Source: Trichosphaerium sp. ATCC 40318 (taxonomy: Eukaryota; Protista; Tubulinea). Taken from it: DNA of 64,000 nt. Positions within the stretch are counted from its first letter, which is position 1. Each line of letters begins with the position of its first letter. Shown here piece by piece: positions 12,207 to 23,119 of this stretch. The stretch is from NCBI GenBank assembly GCA_038496445.1, contig JALMLS010000356.1:62001-126000 (forward strand), in the 5' to 3' direction. The notes below the pieces were generated by a model. That model was not told the DNA's origin, ran no database searches, and saw nothing but the letters and a program-made list of their open reading frames with translations. The translations under genes were made by a program, and so were the position numbers.

Positions 12207-15200
12207 ATGGCGTCTCTTCACGTTGTTGGGTTTCTAGTTCTTTTAGCGTCGGTATGTACATGTCTAAATATACATAAGCAGACCAAAATTGGTATTCAAA
12301 CAGTATCACATGACCTAGCGGCAAAACATCTTCAAAAGTGCGTGACTAGCTAAAATAACACGATTTCTGATACGTTAACCAAGTTATTTGTATTTGGCAA
12401 CTGGAAGTTTACCAACGATTGTAAAAGAAGCTGATATTGCTAAGTACGATGTCTTATTTGTCATTGGAACAAAAGATGAGTACGGAACAAACTTCAAGCC
12501 AAAATAAATCCAAAAACGGTTTTTTTTAGTGGTGAAGTGAAACATGTGCCTTTGACGAAACCTGATGATCACGTTGTGTACTTATCATCAAATAACAATC
12601 ATAAGACGCTATCCCTTATTGGTTCAAATGATGTAAGCGCACGATACGCTGTTTATAGCTTTGCTGAACTCCTTGGCGTTCGATTCTATATTCATGGTAA
12701 GATGTTAGGTACATTTCGTTGTCTGTTAACTCAAAACGTTTCAAGGGGACGTCATACCTTCGCATTGGCCAGCAACCATACAAATAGATGAAAGTACGAT
12801 AGCAGTGTTTTTTTCATTTCGTCACATGGGTAGCTCAAATCCGTATTAGGACTGAATCGTGTATTTTCTCCTTCATTTTCTGTTCGCGGCATTCAACCAT
12901 TTCATGACTTTGCAGAAGGCCCAGGTACTTTTCACGATACTCAAGATGTTCGGTAGATATAATAGTTTGATATCCCTTTAGATTGGTGGTCAGCAGATGA
13001 CTACAAGCAAATCCTGACGCAGGTTGACAAGATGAAAATGAATTTCATTGGACTTCATACTTACCCACTTCGTGAACCAACAGTTTGGGTTGGTACAAAG
13101 GTATGGTATTTGAGTGTTCCCATTGACACTCATATTTGTAACCTCAGGACGATTTTAACTCTGATGGCACTGTAAAGAAGAGTTACCCAACAAGTTATCA
13201 GAACAGTCTAAGAGGAGACTGGTAACTTATTACAATTTTTTCTCTTTTTAGGTAATTTGTTTTCATTTAGGGGATACCAGCCTGAGGTTACGTCTGATTA
13301 TTCTCTTGGTAATACTCAAATATTCAGGTTAGAAGCTTTATATGACGTATTATACTCTTATTTCTGTAGTTATGATTGCTATGGTGGTACTGTAGTGATG
13401 GAAGGACAACAAGTAAATGTTTTTTTAGCCGCACATTACATTTAACTTTTTGAACTAGTGTCCAACACCAAAGACTCCTGAGCTTCAAAATAAAGTATTT
13501 GATCTTACTGGAAAGCTTCTAAACGATGCATTTACTTATGCTAAATCACGTGCGTCTAGAATTACAAAAACGAAGTATAAACAAAATGCTAAAAGAATTT
13601 GCTTTTTAGTTGGGATAAAGACTTGTGTTGGAACAGAGACACCTCTTACAAAACCTGACCCATCTATCGATACACAAACTTACTACGAGGGTATATTCTC
13701 ACGTATAATGGCAACCTATCCTATAGACTACTACTGGATGTAAGAAACATAAATTTATGAAACCTTTTTTGAAAAAACTTATTATTAGATGGACTCCAGA
13801 ACAATGGGAATGGACAAAAGTTAACATGTACGTATGTTCACAAATGGGAGTCGTATTTCTTTAGTGCAATTGATTAATACATACACATGATCACTTGACA
13901 AGAGCTCTACAAAACCTAATTATATTGCTTAGGTCGAATCCTATTGTTGCTGATGCTGTTGCTGATCTTAACGCAGCTCATGCAGCTAGAGAAGCTGTTA
14001 AAGGTACATAAACACTTCATTGTATATTAGCTGATTGTAGTATAGCACCATTCCAATTGGCGACCTCAGGATGGGTTCTTGGACCGCTTGGAAACAGACC
14101 TTATTTAGACTCTGTTCGTTTCTTGTATTTACGTTTGTAGTGCTAAATATACTTTAGATTCTTCCTTCAGATTGGACAATGTCTTCCCTTGATATGGACA
14201 CAGGTCATACGCCAGTTGACCCTAATTATGGTGCGTTTACTGTTATTTTCTTGTGCTAACGGTTTCAAAAAAAGCTAAAATCATACATCACTCAAAATGG
14301 GCTATTCCATGGCTAGAAGATGATCCAGGGCTAACTGTTGCACAATTATGGGTTAACAGAACATTAATACATAGTAACTCTGCAAAGAGATACGGATGCG
14401 AAGGCGTTCTGGGTATTCATTGGCGCACTAAAGGTAAGATCAAGATAAAAAGTGTGGCTACTAAACAACCACATAAGAGGTTTCACCTCAAATGGCAGCA
14501 ATGGCTCAATATAACTGGAACCCAGATATTACATCTCAGAGTTTCTGGTACGTATTGTACTATTTTACCAGCGAAAGAAGCTAACTCACTCCATAGGAAC
14601 GACTGGTATGTGCTACAAAACCATCACAGTTTACGAACTTTTCAATTTTTTTTTAATTTTCACGTGCTTTTGCACTTATATACGTTATCTCTTTCTGGAA
14701 TTATTTTATGCTGGATTGGATTTAATCACTATACTTTTTAACCATCATACAGGGCGGTTAATCAATTTGGAGAGAATGTAGCAACAGCAATTGCTACAAT
14801 TTTTGACACAATAGATAGTTTCCTTCTTCCACGACCTGTACATTCTTTATAATTACACCATGTCTTTCAAACTGACGAATTAAGGTCGAGTGGGAAAATG
14901 GGCCAGGTGGTATGCATCCAATTGATGCACCATGGAGTCAATTATCCTCTCAATACTCGTTTGTTGGTATGTATTTTTTTTGTGTGAAGCAACTTTTTGT
15001 TCCTTGCTTAGTCCATGGATTCATATCAATTTTATTCTTTTAGATAAACTGGAATCAATACAAAGTAGTATTGTTAATAAAGGAGATACCATACGCTTTG
15101 AAAATTGGTTGAACGGGTTCAGATATATGAAACAATTAGCAAGAACAGAGACAGTTTGGGGTACATTCAATACAATGTACGATGAAACTCTTAAAATAAC

Positions 15201-16502
15201 AGATCCCAACATGCGTAAAATGTACGTTAAACAACAAAGCAGCTCTTGACGGAACACACTAAAATTGGTTAAACTAGCAAGGTAGCAGGGTTGGTACAGC
15301 AATTTGACTACCTGTCAGCTAACTGGACGAGTATGATGACATTGTTTCAACAAACTGTACACGTGGAATAAGGATACCTTCGCAACCTTTTATATTTACT
15401 TAGGTAACTACAACTGGTGATATGGGTACAATTATGAACCTAGAGCAACACAGTTTTAACAAAGTAAGCACGTTTTTCGGAGAGCTAGGAACTCGTTTAA
15501 TTAATTCATTAAAAAAACAGGTTTTCGATAAGTCCGTACTAGCTGAGATAAACGCTATATCAAACTATATTGGTTGCTATAAAGATACTCCACAAAGAGG
15601 TATTAATCTCAATATTAATGCCAAAACACTCACATTCAGAAAGATCTCAACGGGACTTCAACAAAATCAGGAAAAATGACACCAGGCCAGTGTTTATTTT
15701 ATTGTAAAGAAAGTACGTTTGCTATACTCTATTTTTCTCTTAGCATTCGCTATCACGTTTCAATAATTATACTCAATAAATTTCATAATTTGTATGTGAT
15801 ATCTTTGACATCGTATTAACTTTTTGTCTTTCTAGATGACTACGAGTATGCTGGATTACAAGATGAATCATACTGCTTTTGTGGTGATAGCTATGGTCGC
15901 TACGGAAAGCTGCAACAAGATTCTTGTGATACTCCGTGCAGTGGTAACAGCGAGCTTCAATGCGGTGGAGTTTGGGCAAACACAATCTTCCAAACAAAGG
16001 TACTAGTTTTTAGTAGCTTTTCCCTTGTTCTCTGTTAACTCTATCTCTACTTTATAGAACGTTCTTCCGAACATGATGAAGGTTAGTAAGACTTATCAAG
16101 GAGAGAATCCGATTCTTATTGTACCTACAGTCCGTACCCATCTGAAAAAAGGTAAAGAGTTCCCAACTAAAAAAGTTCATTTTTTTTCTTTAGGTGAATC
16201 ATTGACTCTAAATGCAATGGTATACGCCAAAAGTACTCCAAGCGCACCTATGCTACATATAACTAAAATTGGAGAATCTAACTATGTTACCATACCTTTC
16301 GAAGCTGTGTCATCAGGTAATAATTTGAGACAAAAAGGTTTTGTTCTGAACTTTTGTTAAAGGCCGTTTTGTATACACTGTTAGCACTGATGATTTCTCT
16401 GATGGATCATTCATGTACTATGTATCTTGCCAAGTGGATGGTGGCGCTGTATACTTTCCTGGTGATGCACCTGAAGCACAACAAACCGTTGTTGTTGAAT
16501 AG
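12207..16502 (+). CDS. Secreted glycoside-hydrolase-like TIM-barrel protein with WSC domain
   Basis: Signal peptide MASLHVVGFLVLLASVCTC; 'YAVYSFAELLGVRFY', 'RGIQPFHDFAEGPDWW', 'KMNFIGLHTYP', 'WAIPWLEDD', 'GIHWRT'. WSC motif 'YIGCYKD...YAGLQDESYCFCG...CSGN..LQCGG' at about 15560-15990. Confidence 0.7.
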
Positions 16503-16742
16503 TACATAAATAAACAATTTGAAACGTCCTACATTATATTTCGCTGTTCCTTGGTCATACCACGTGATACAGCCAAGAAAGACTACGTAGTGTTTGTGGG
16601 TTTATCTCACAAATTGAATCGTATTGTTATCGCGTAGATCAGAGCTTGGAAGGTGTTTTTATTTGTGAGAGTGCTGAATAGGTTGTTCATTGTAGCTCAC
16701 ATTTAGATTGTTTTGGACAGCTTAAAACAAACCTAGCCAACC

Positions 16743-17394
16743 ATGATTCAAGCTACAACTGCTCTAATTGCTCTTTTATTTGTTGCCAGTGCGCTTTGCG
16801 CGAATGTTAACGCCACTATATCAAAAGTAAACAGTATTGGTCCATGCAGCACTTACGAGCGTGAAAAATTAAACGAGGGCTACTTCACGTGTATGTACAA
16901 AGATCCTGTTGGTATCCCTACCATTGGTGTCGGTTTTAACCTACAAAAATCTGGAGCACGTGCCCAAATACAAGGAGTAGGCGCTGACTACGATAAAGTA
17001 CTTGTTGGTACGCGCTAAGAAAATTTCGACAACTTTTTTTATATCACGTGAAATTTGTCCCTGACTTTAGTTCCTTTTTTGTGTAGGTACCGAATGCTTG
17101 AACGACGGGCAAATAAGAACTTTGTTTAACCAAGATATTGCCACAGCATTAAGCTGCGCAAAGTCTTATGTAGGCTCAAACTTCAGCAGGCTTACAAGCT
17201 CTCAAGGATCCGCTATTGTTGATATGGCGTTTAACTTGGGTTGTCCAAGACTTGGTGGTTTTAAAAACTTGCAAGCAGCTCTTCAGTCATCACCTCCAAA
17301 TATCGCAAACGCTATTGCTGAAATGAAGGATTCCGCTTGGTGTGTACAAGTTAAGACTAGATGTACTCGCGACGTTGCTTGTATGAACAGTTAA
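16743..17394 (+). CDS. Secreted phage-type (GH24/T4-like) lysozyme
   Basis: Signal peptide; 'NEGYFTCMYKDPVGIPTIGVGFNL' (E...D..G..T catalytic motif); 'AIVDMAFNLG', 'MKDSAW..QV..R'. One intron at 17008-17086. Confidence 0.9.
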
Positions 17395-17749
17395 TACGCA
17401 AATAAAATAAATGCTTATTATGTTGGTTTTGTTTTCCGGAGTATCCTCATCAGTCATTGGTATTGAGGACAAAGGCGTTGTAAATGTCGTATAAGGTTCC
17501 ACCATACTCCAGAGTGAGTGTGTTAATACGTTTTGAATAGCGTAGTGGTTAGTACGCGACATAAACAATAGTGTACCAGTCATTTACAAACAAAAAAAGC
17601 CTGAACAAAGTAAGGTACACTCTTCGAAAGTAAGAGACACCACAGTCTTGCCTCTACCTGTTAATTACAACATATGCGATAGCACAACGTGTTGGATACT
17701 TTTCAGCGCTCGAATGCCTTCAAGGTTTATGTGGTAGTTTGGTATTTGC

Positions 17750-17759
17750 AAAAAAAAAA
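17750..17759 (-). terminator. Oligo-T Pol III terminator of the tRNA-like RNA
   Basis: Ten T on the minus strand directly after the 3' strand (CACCAC) of the terminal stem; no run of 4 or more T inside the unit. Confidence 0.7.
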
Positions 17760-17997
17760 GTGGTGATCGCATCACGTGACTTTAAATTTTATTAGTCCAG
17801 CCAGGGTTTATCTTAAACCACCAGCCGGACTGATGAAACGATGTAATTATAAACTCTTACTAGGAGTACGCTCTACCACTGAGCTACCAGGCTAACCGCC
17901 CCTTGCAGATATCACTGCAAGAGGCGTAATCGGCGCCTGAATCGGATTCGAACCAATGACCTTAAACGATGAAAGACACGTTGACTATCTGCACCAC
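17750..17997 (-). ncRNA. Candidate Pol III RNA with circularly permuted tRNA-like domain (YrlA/Y-RNA-like, or permuted pre-tRNA-Thr(AGT))
   Basis: Minus-strand order: GTGGTG...ACGTGTCTTT, AGGTC, T arm ATTGG-TTCGAAT-CCGAT, TCAGGC, 12-bp hairpin, GCCTGG, TA, D arm GCTC-AGTGGTA-GAGC, ACTC-CTAGTAA-GAGT, second hairpin, AAAGTCACGT...CACCAC, T10. Confidence 0.8.
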
Positions 17998-18019
17998 ATT
18001 AGTAGATCTGGGAGATAAC

Positions 18020-18028
18020 TTATTTAAC
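18020..18028 (-). promoter_or_regulatory. TATA-like element upstream of the tRNA-like RNA
   Basis: TTAAATAA about 23-31 nt upstream of the predicted +1 G (17997). The background is AT-rich, so this is weak on its own. Confidence 0.35.
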
Positions 18029-18639
18029 TACGAACAAATAAAAAAGAAAAAAATTGTGGTAATAACTTTCAGCTACGACTGTATTTGTAGTGAGAATAGG
18101 GTGATACCTACTGATTTTGTTAAGAAATTTTGTTTTTACACTACTGTCTGGGTGACAACTCATTCTAATATATTTCTCTGATAGCCACACAGTACGACAG
18201 ATTCAAAGAGCAAGTGACCAGTAAAATAGTTTCCTTTCTCGAACTTGTTACTATTTTGGTCTGAGCGTATAAAAATACTGTGTTGTTCAGAGAAATTTAG
18301 TTTTTTTCCATTCTATGTCAAGTCAATTCGAATATTTGGGTGTACACAGTATTCAAAAATGTCATCATGGCCACAAGACTACCAGTTCACTACTCAGGCG
18401 TCTATAGCGAGTAGCACAAAGTAGTACAAATTCTGCTGTTTCCAGAAAATAGCAAAGGTTTAGCACATGTTGTTTGCTGCCCATCTTTCGCACGTGATAA
18501 GAACAAACACATACCTTGACACTCGTATGTTTGTATCAGCACTTCCTGTATCTCAGACAAGACCGGCTTATTTAATAATCCCGAAGTTGGTTGTCAAAAC
18601 TTTATTTTATTGCCCGATGGACTCACAAACGCATCAATA

Positions 18640-19394
18640 ATGTCTACAAGTGGCATCACGTACTTGACACTTACTGAAGAAGATGCAGATGAGGCTATAG
18701 CCTTAGCTGATAGAGTTATGAGCACAAAAGAGCCAGTAATGATGGCACTTGGTCTAGCTCAGCTTCCAGAAGCTGGTCGCTCTCTTTTTGGGCACCAACG
18801 TCAAGTTTGCATTGGAAAGTCTACAATTGCCAAAGACTCAGCTACAGGGAAGGTACAATGCGTCAAAATTTGATAAAGTAGTGAGACAAGCAAACTAAAG
18901 GCGTTTTTGATCAGGTTGTTGGCGTTCGTTTCGCTGCAGATTGGGTTGACACCTCAAGTATACCTATGTTCCCTCCAGAAGCTGTAGCGTACGCAAACTT
19001 GTGGCAAAGGCATTTTGACGAGTTTTCGAATGCTCATAGCGGTATTAAGAAGCGTGGTATCTGGGCGCATTGGGTCGGCCTAACAGTTGATGTACGCTTG
19101 TTTTTATCCCTTTTTCTGACATTTAACTTACTTTTTGACTTTTAGCCTGCCTATGGGCGTAAAGGGATAGGCACTAATCTATACGCGGCGAATGCAAAGC
19201 TTTTAAAATCTCTGGGCTTCCAAAACGTTGTATGTGAAAATTCTAGTGCGTTCTCTGCAAGAGCAGCTGAAAGGGCTGGTACAGAGTTGTTTTCAAAGAC
19301 TGATTACGCTTCGTACACGTTTAATGGCGAACAACCTCTAGCTTGCGTAAAGCCACCTCATGTGTGCTTTCAAATGAGAACACTTAAGTTGTAA
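18640..19394 (+). CDS. GNAT N-acetyltransferase (arylalkylamine NAT-like)
   Basis: 'EPVMMALG', 'GLTVD|PAYGRKGIGTNL' (acetyl-CoA motif A), 'SSAFSARAAERAG'; two introns. Confidence 0.85.
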
Positions 19395-19852
19395 CAGATA
19401 ATACACTTTGTGACAAATAAACGGTTGATTACAAGTGACCAGTAAAATTGTGGTTAGGCTCTTCAAGTCAAGTCGTTAACACCACTTCTACTTGCTTATT
19501 TTGCCTGGTGATAACGAACGATCATTGTGGAACAAACAAAATTGTATTTGCTATGTGCACCCACTTGAAAGTTTAAGCTTTCCGCGAGTTTCCTGTCATT
19601 GTAGCTGTACTACACCGAAAATTGTGCGAGTTTTCTTTGTATTAACAGAATAAACTATTTTCGTACAGAGGTGGTCGCTAAACGTCTATAGCCGGGTTGT
19701 GGCGTTTAAGTTTTTGGGCCGGCTACCTATTGAAAGTTATTTTTAGGACTTCTAACTTAAGGGGGAGCAGTCCCTTAAAGTTTCATTAACTAAATTGCAG
19801 GCATTGTCATTTAAAATAATGAATTGACCACTAAGCTATCGTCTTTGAACTC

Positions 19853-20514
19853 TCATCGTCTTATATACCTTCCTTGAACACGTAGCATACCACTATCCCA
19901 CCATCTTTTAAAGTCACCTTGTAGCTTACCATTTACATAAGTACCGTGCTCATGTAGTTGCCCATTATTAAACCACACCTTATACTCTCCTTCTTTCTTA
20001 TCATTTACATAATTCTCATGTACTTTCAACAGTCCATTATCACGGTACACCTTACGCTCTCCTTCCCTTTTACCATTGATACAACACCAATGTTCATACA
20101 ATCGACCATTAGCATGCCATGTCTTATGCTCTCCTTCTTGGATACCATTCAAGTAAGTATACTCCTCTTTTACTTGACCATTAGTGTACCACCACTTGTA
20201 CTCACCATGTCGCTTACCATTCAACCAACTCTCTTGTCTTATCACATAGCCTTGTGAGTGTTCGTAGTTCTTTAACACTTTTAACCATTTCCCGTGTTTG
20301 TTAAGGTTGTAATCAAACCTTGTTGATGTTGCCGCTTGTTTTGATAGTGTAGGCCATTTTAAATACATATCAAGATCCAAATCAATTATATCAAGCTGTA
20401 GCTCTACTGGCAAGTCCAAAAGACTGTAGTAATGCGTATTAGCTGTTGTTAACTGTGAGGCATTAGGATAAAACATTTCTTTTTTGAACATACTTTGCGT
20501 TTTCTTTCTTCCAT
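19853..20514 (-). CDS. F-box-like + MORN-variant repeat protein (paralogue of 8085-9150)
   Basis: Exon 1 MEERKRK (20514-20494), intron 20493-20453, then 'LLDLPVELQLDIIDLDLDMYLKWPTLSKQAA' and about 5-6 MORN-variant repeats. Confidence 0.85.
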
Positions 20515-21130
20515 TTTTCCGGCCCCTATAAGATGCTCCTCTGGTGTTGAGTACTTTTTTTGACCAAATGGATTTTCTATGGCCCTCACATAAACCCATC
20601 GGAAAGTGCACGTGTATTTTTGTAATTCCTGCTGTGATAGCGGACAATAAGTCACCATAAACGTGTGAATATGTGATGTATGCTTTGTAAATCACTCACA
20701 AGGAAAGCTCAACAGAATAACAAAAATACTCATAGAAGCTGGCAAACTAAAATTAAAAAGTTAGATGAACCTCTTGGTTGGAACCAATAGTATAAAGCAA
20801 CGAGACTGGTTTGGAGGAAGACTTAACGTCTCGGTGGCTCAAACGTTAAGGTTTTTATATCTTGTACACGTGTTTAATGCAAAAATGGATCCTCAAATTC
20901 AGTTTTCAATAAATGCAAGTTTTTTAGGATCAGAAAAAGCCCCTTTTTCGTAAGGCGTTAGTTTTGATTGAATTTGGTTAGGGGGTTTGTGGGTGTTCGT
21001 TGCCATCGTATTATCTGTGCTTGCCACTTTGTGGAGAATATGAGAATATGATTGACGGCAATTGGTCAGCTAGATTCTTCAAACGCCTGGAATTCGAGAG
21101 AATATACAGACATTAGCTTCATTACATAAG

Positions 21131-22477
21131 TTATTGCTTTACAGTTACATGGGAGGTTCTGAGTAAGTTAATACAATCATTTGTCACATTTGAGCAACTC
21201 TTGACACCAATAGTTTGAACGCCTTTTAGTGCTTTGATCCCCTCATCTGAAACAGACGTTCCATACAGGTAAATGGTATGAACACCTCTGAGTGCTTTAA
21301 TACCTTCATCTGTAACAGATGTATGAGACAGGTCAATTGCATGAACACCTTTTAGTGCTTTAATACCTCTGTCTGTAATTGCTGTGCCATACAGGTAAAT
21401 GGTATGAACACCTTTGAGTGCTTTTATACCTCTGTCTGTAACTGCTGTGCCATACAAGTCAATGGTATGGACACCTTTAAGCGCTTTTATACCTTTATCT
21501 GTTACTGATGTGCCACAAAGATTGATGGTATGAACACCCTTGAGCGCTTTAATACCTTCATCTGTAACTGACGTTCCATGAAGATAAATTGTATGAACAC
21601 CTTTGAGCGCTTTTATGCCTTCATCTGTAACAGCAGTCCCATACAGGTCAATGGTGTGAACACCTTTCAGTGCTTTTACGCCCTTATCTGTAATTGATGT
21701 ACCAGAAAGGTTAATGGTGTGAACACCTTTGAGCGCTTTTATGCCTTTATCTGCAATGGATGTACCAGAAAGATTGATGGTATGAACACCTTTGAGTGCT
21801 TTAATGCCTTTATCTGTCATACGCTTACACCCAGAAAGGTCAATAGTATGAACACACATCAATTGTTTCAGATCGTTGTCACAAACGTCGTTGTCATTTG
21901 CTTGGATATTACGGCATCCACCTAACAATGAAAATACTGTGTCTTGACATTTTATTCGAATCGATGTGTTGTTCATGACACCTTTGTATTGCCTGATCTT
22001 TAAAATGTCTAGTACAGAATGGAGATGAACCTTCTTATATCCTACAATATCATGTATAATATCAGCCATGACATGACATGATTGAGCAATAGAGAATCTA
22101 TCACGAGCGCCAGTATGATAAATAATAGTTGAAATGATTTCTGGAGGAAAATCGATAATATTAAGCTCATTACCACGTGTTTCTTGCGTACTTGTTGTGC
22201 ATTAGATAAACGAAACCACAAAACACGTGTTATTTTGAACGTACTCTAATTTAAATTCATTGGATGGCTTCAAACCTTTATTCTCTATGTTATCTGCGTG
22301 CTGTAAAAGAAGTTTGTCGAGACGGTTTACAAGGCTTAAATTAGCTTGCTTCACTAAACTTTCGAGGTCTTTTAAGAACGTTGTCTTGTGTTCTTTCTCA
22401 ATTGTGTTGAATGTATCTGTGTGGTTTATATTGTAGTACGCGAGTGCTTTTTCTAATTTAAAGCCAGAGAAGCTCAT
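21131..22477 (-). CDS. F-box + leucine-rich repeat protein (21-aa repeats)
   Basis: Exon 22477-22245 joins via intron 22244-22191 in frame to 'NIIDFPPEIISTIIYH' (F-box), followed by about 11 near-identical repeats VHTIxLxGTxVTDxGIKALKG. Confidence 0.85.
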
Positions 22478-23119
22478 GATGTAATTGTTAAACTTTTAGA
22501 AGGACCGTAGAAAATGACTTAATTACTCACGTGACTTAATTACTCACGATTAGTCTCAGCTGAGCCGAAGCGTCATCACCAACATTGTCGCGGGCTGTTT
22601 TCGACCAGCAGCTGGAATTGGTTGGAAAATGATTGTCCAAAAATAGTTTTTAAGGTTGTAAGTATGGAACTCTTCGGTAATAAATAGTTCAGATATTTTG
22701 CCTCTCGCTCACAACACCCTAAAACGTCTAAAATAGCCACACTTACTCTTATACGCAAGTATAAAAAGGGCAAGCAAAGGCGGAAACTTTTAGGTGGAGT
22801 GGATTGTAAGCTTTGTGATGGTGAACTCTTGGAATTGTCCCTTGTTTACAAAATAGATAGAAAGGAATGATGATATACCCATTACTCATAACCTAAACCA
22901 TTTCCATGCCTCATATGTTGATTAACAGGTGCTAGCATGTAAATAAAGTATACGTTTATTCTGTTCAACTCAGTCAAAAAGCAAGGCTATGCCCTTCTCA
23001 AACAGGTGTTTTTTTTATGTTTTGCTCGTTCTTTTGTTCGTTCATACACCAATCCTTATATCAGCTTTATCTCATGATAAAATCTGTTACAATACACGTT
23101 AAGTTACTAGTTAACTCAG

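Noticed and set aside
17890-17960. Two-piece tmRNA (GGGGCG resembles an Ala acceptor)
   Set aside because: The strand following the T arm pairs with GCCTGG, not GGGGCG; a full D stem is present; there is no tag ORF.
17794-17975. Hammerhead ribozyme on the + strand (CTGATGA ... GAAA)
   Set aside because: No stem II/III or valid NUH site can be built, and G-U polarity supports the minus-strand fold.
21200-21850. CRISPR-like or satellite repeat
   Set aside because: These are 63-bp coding LRR units.
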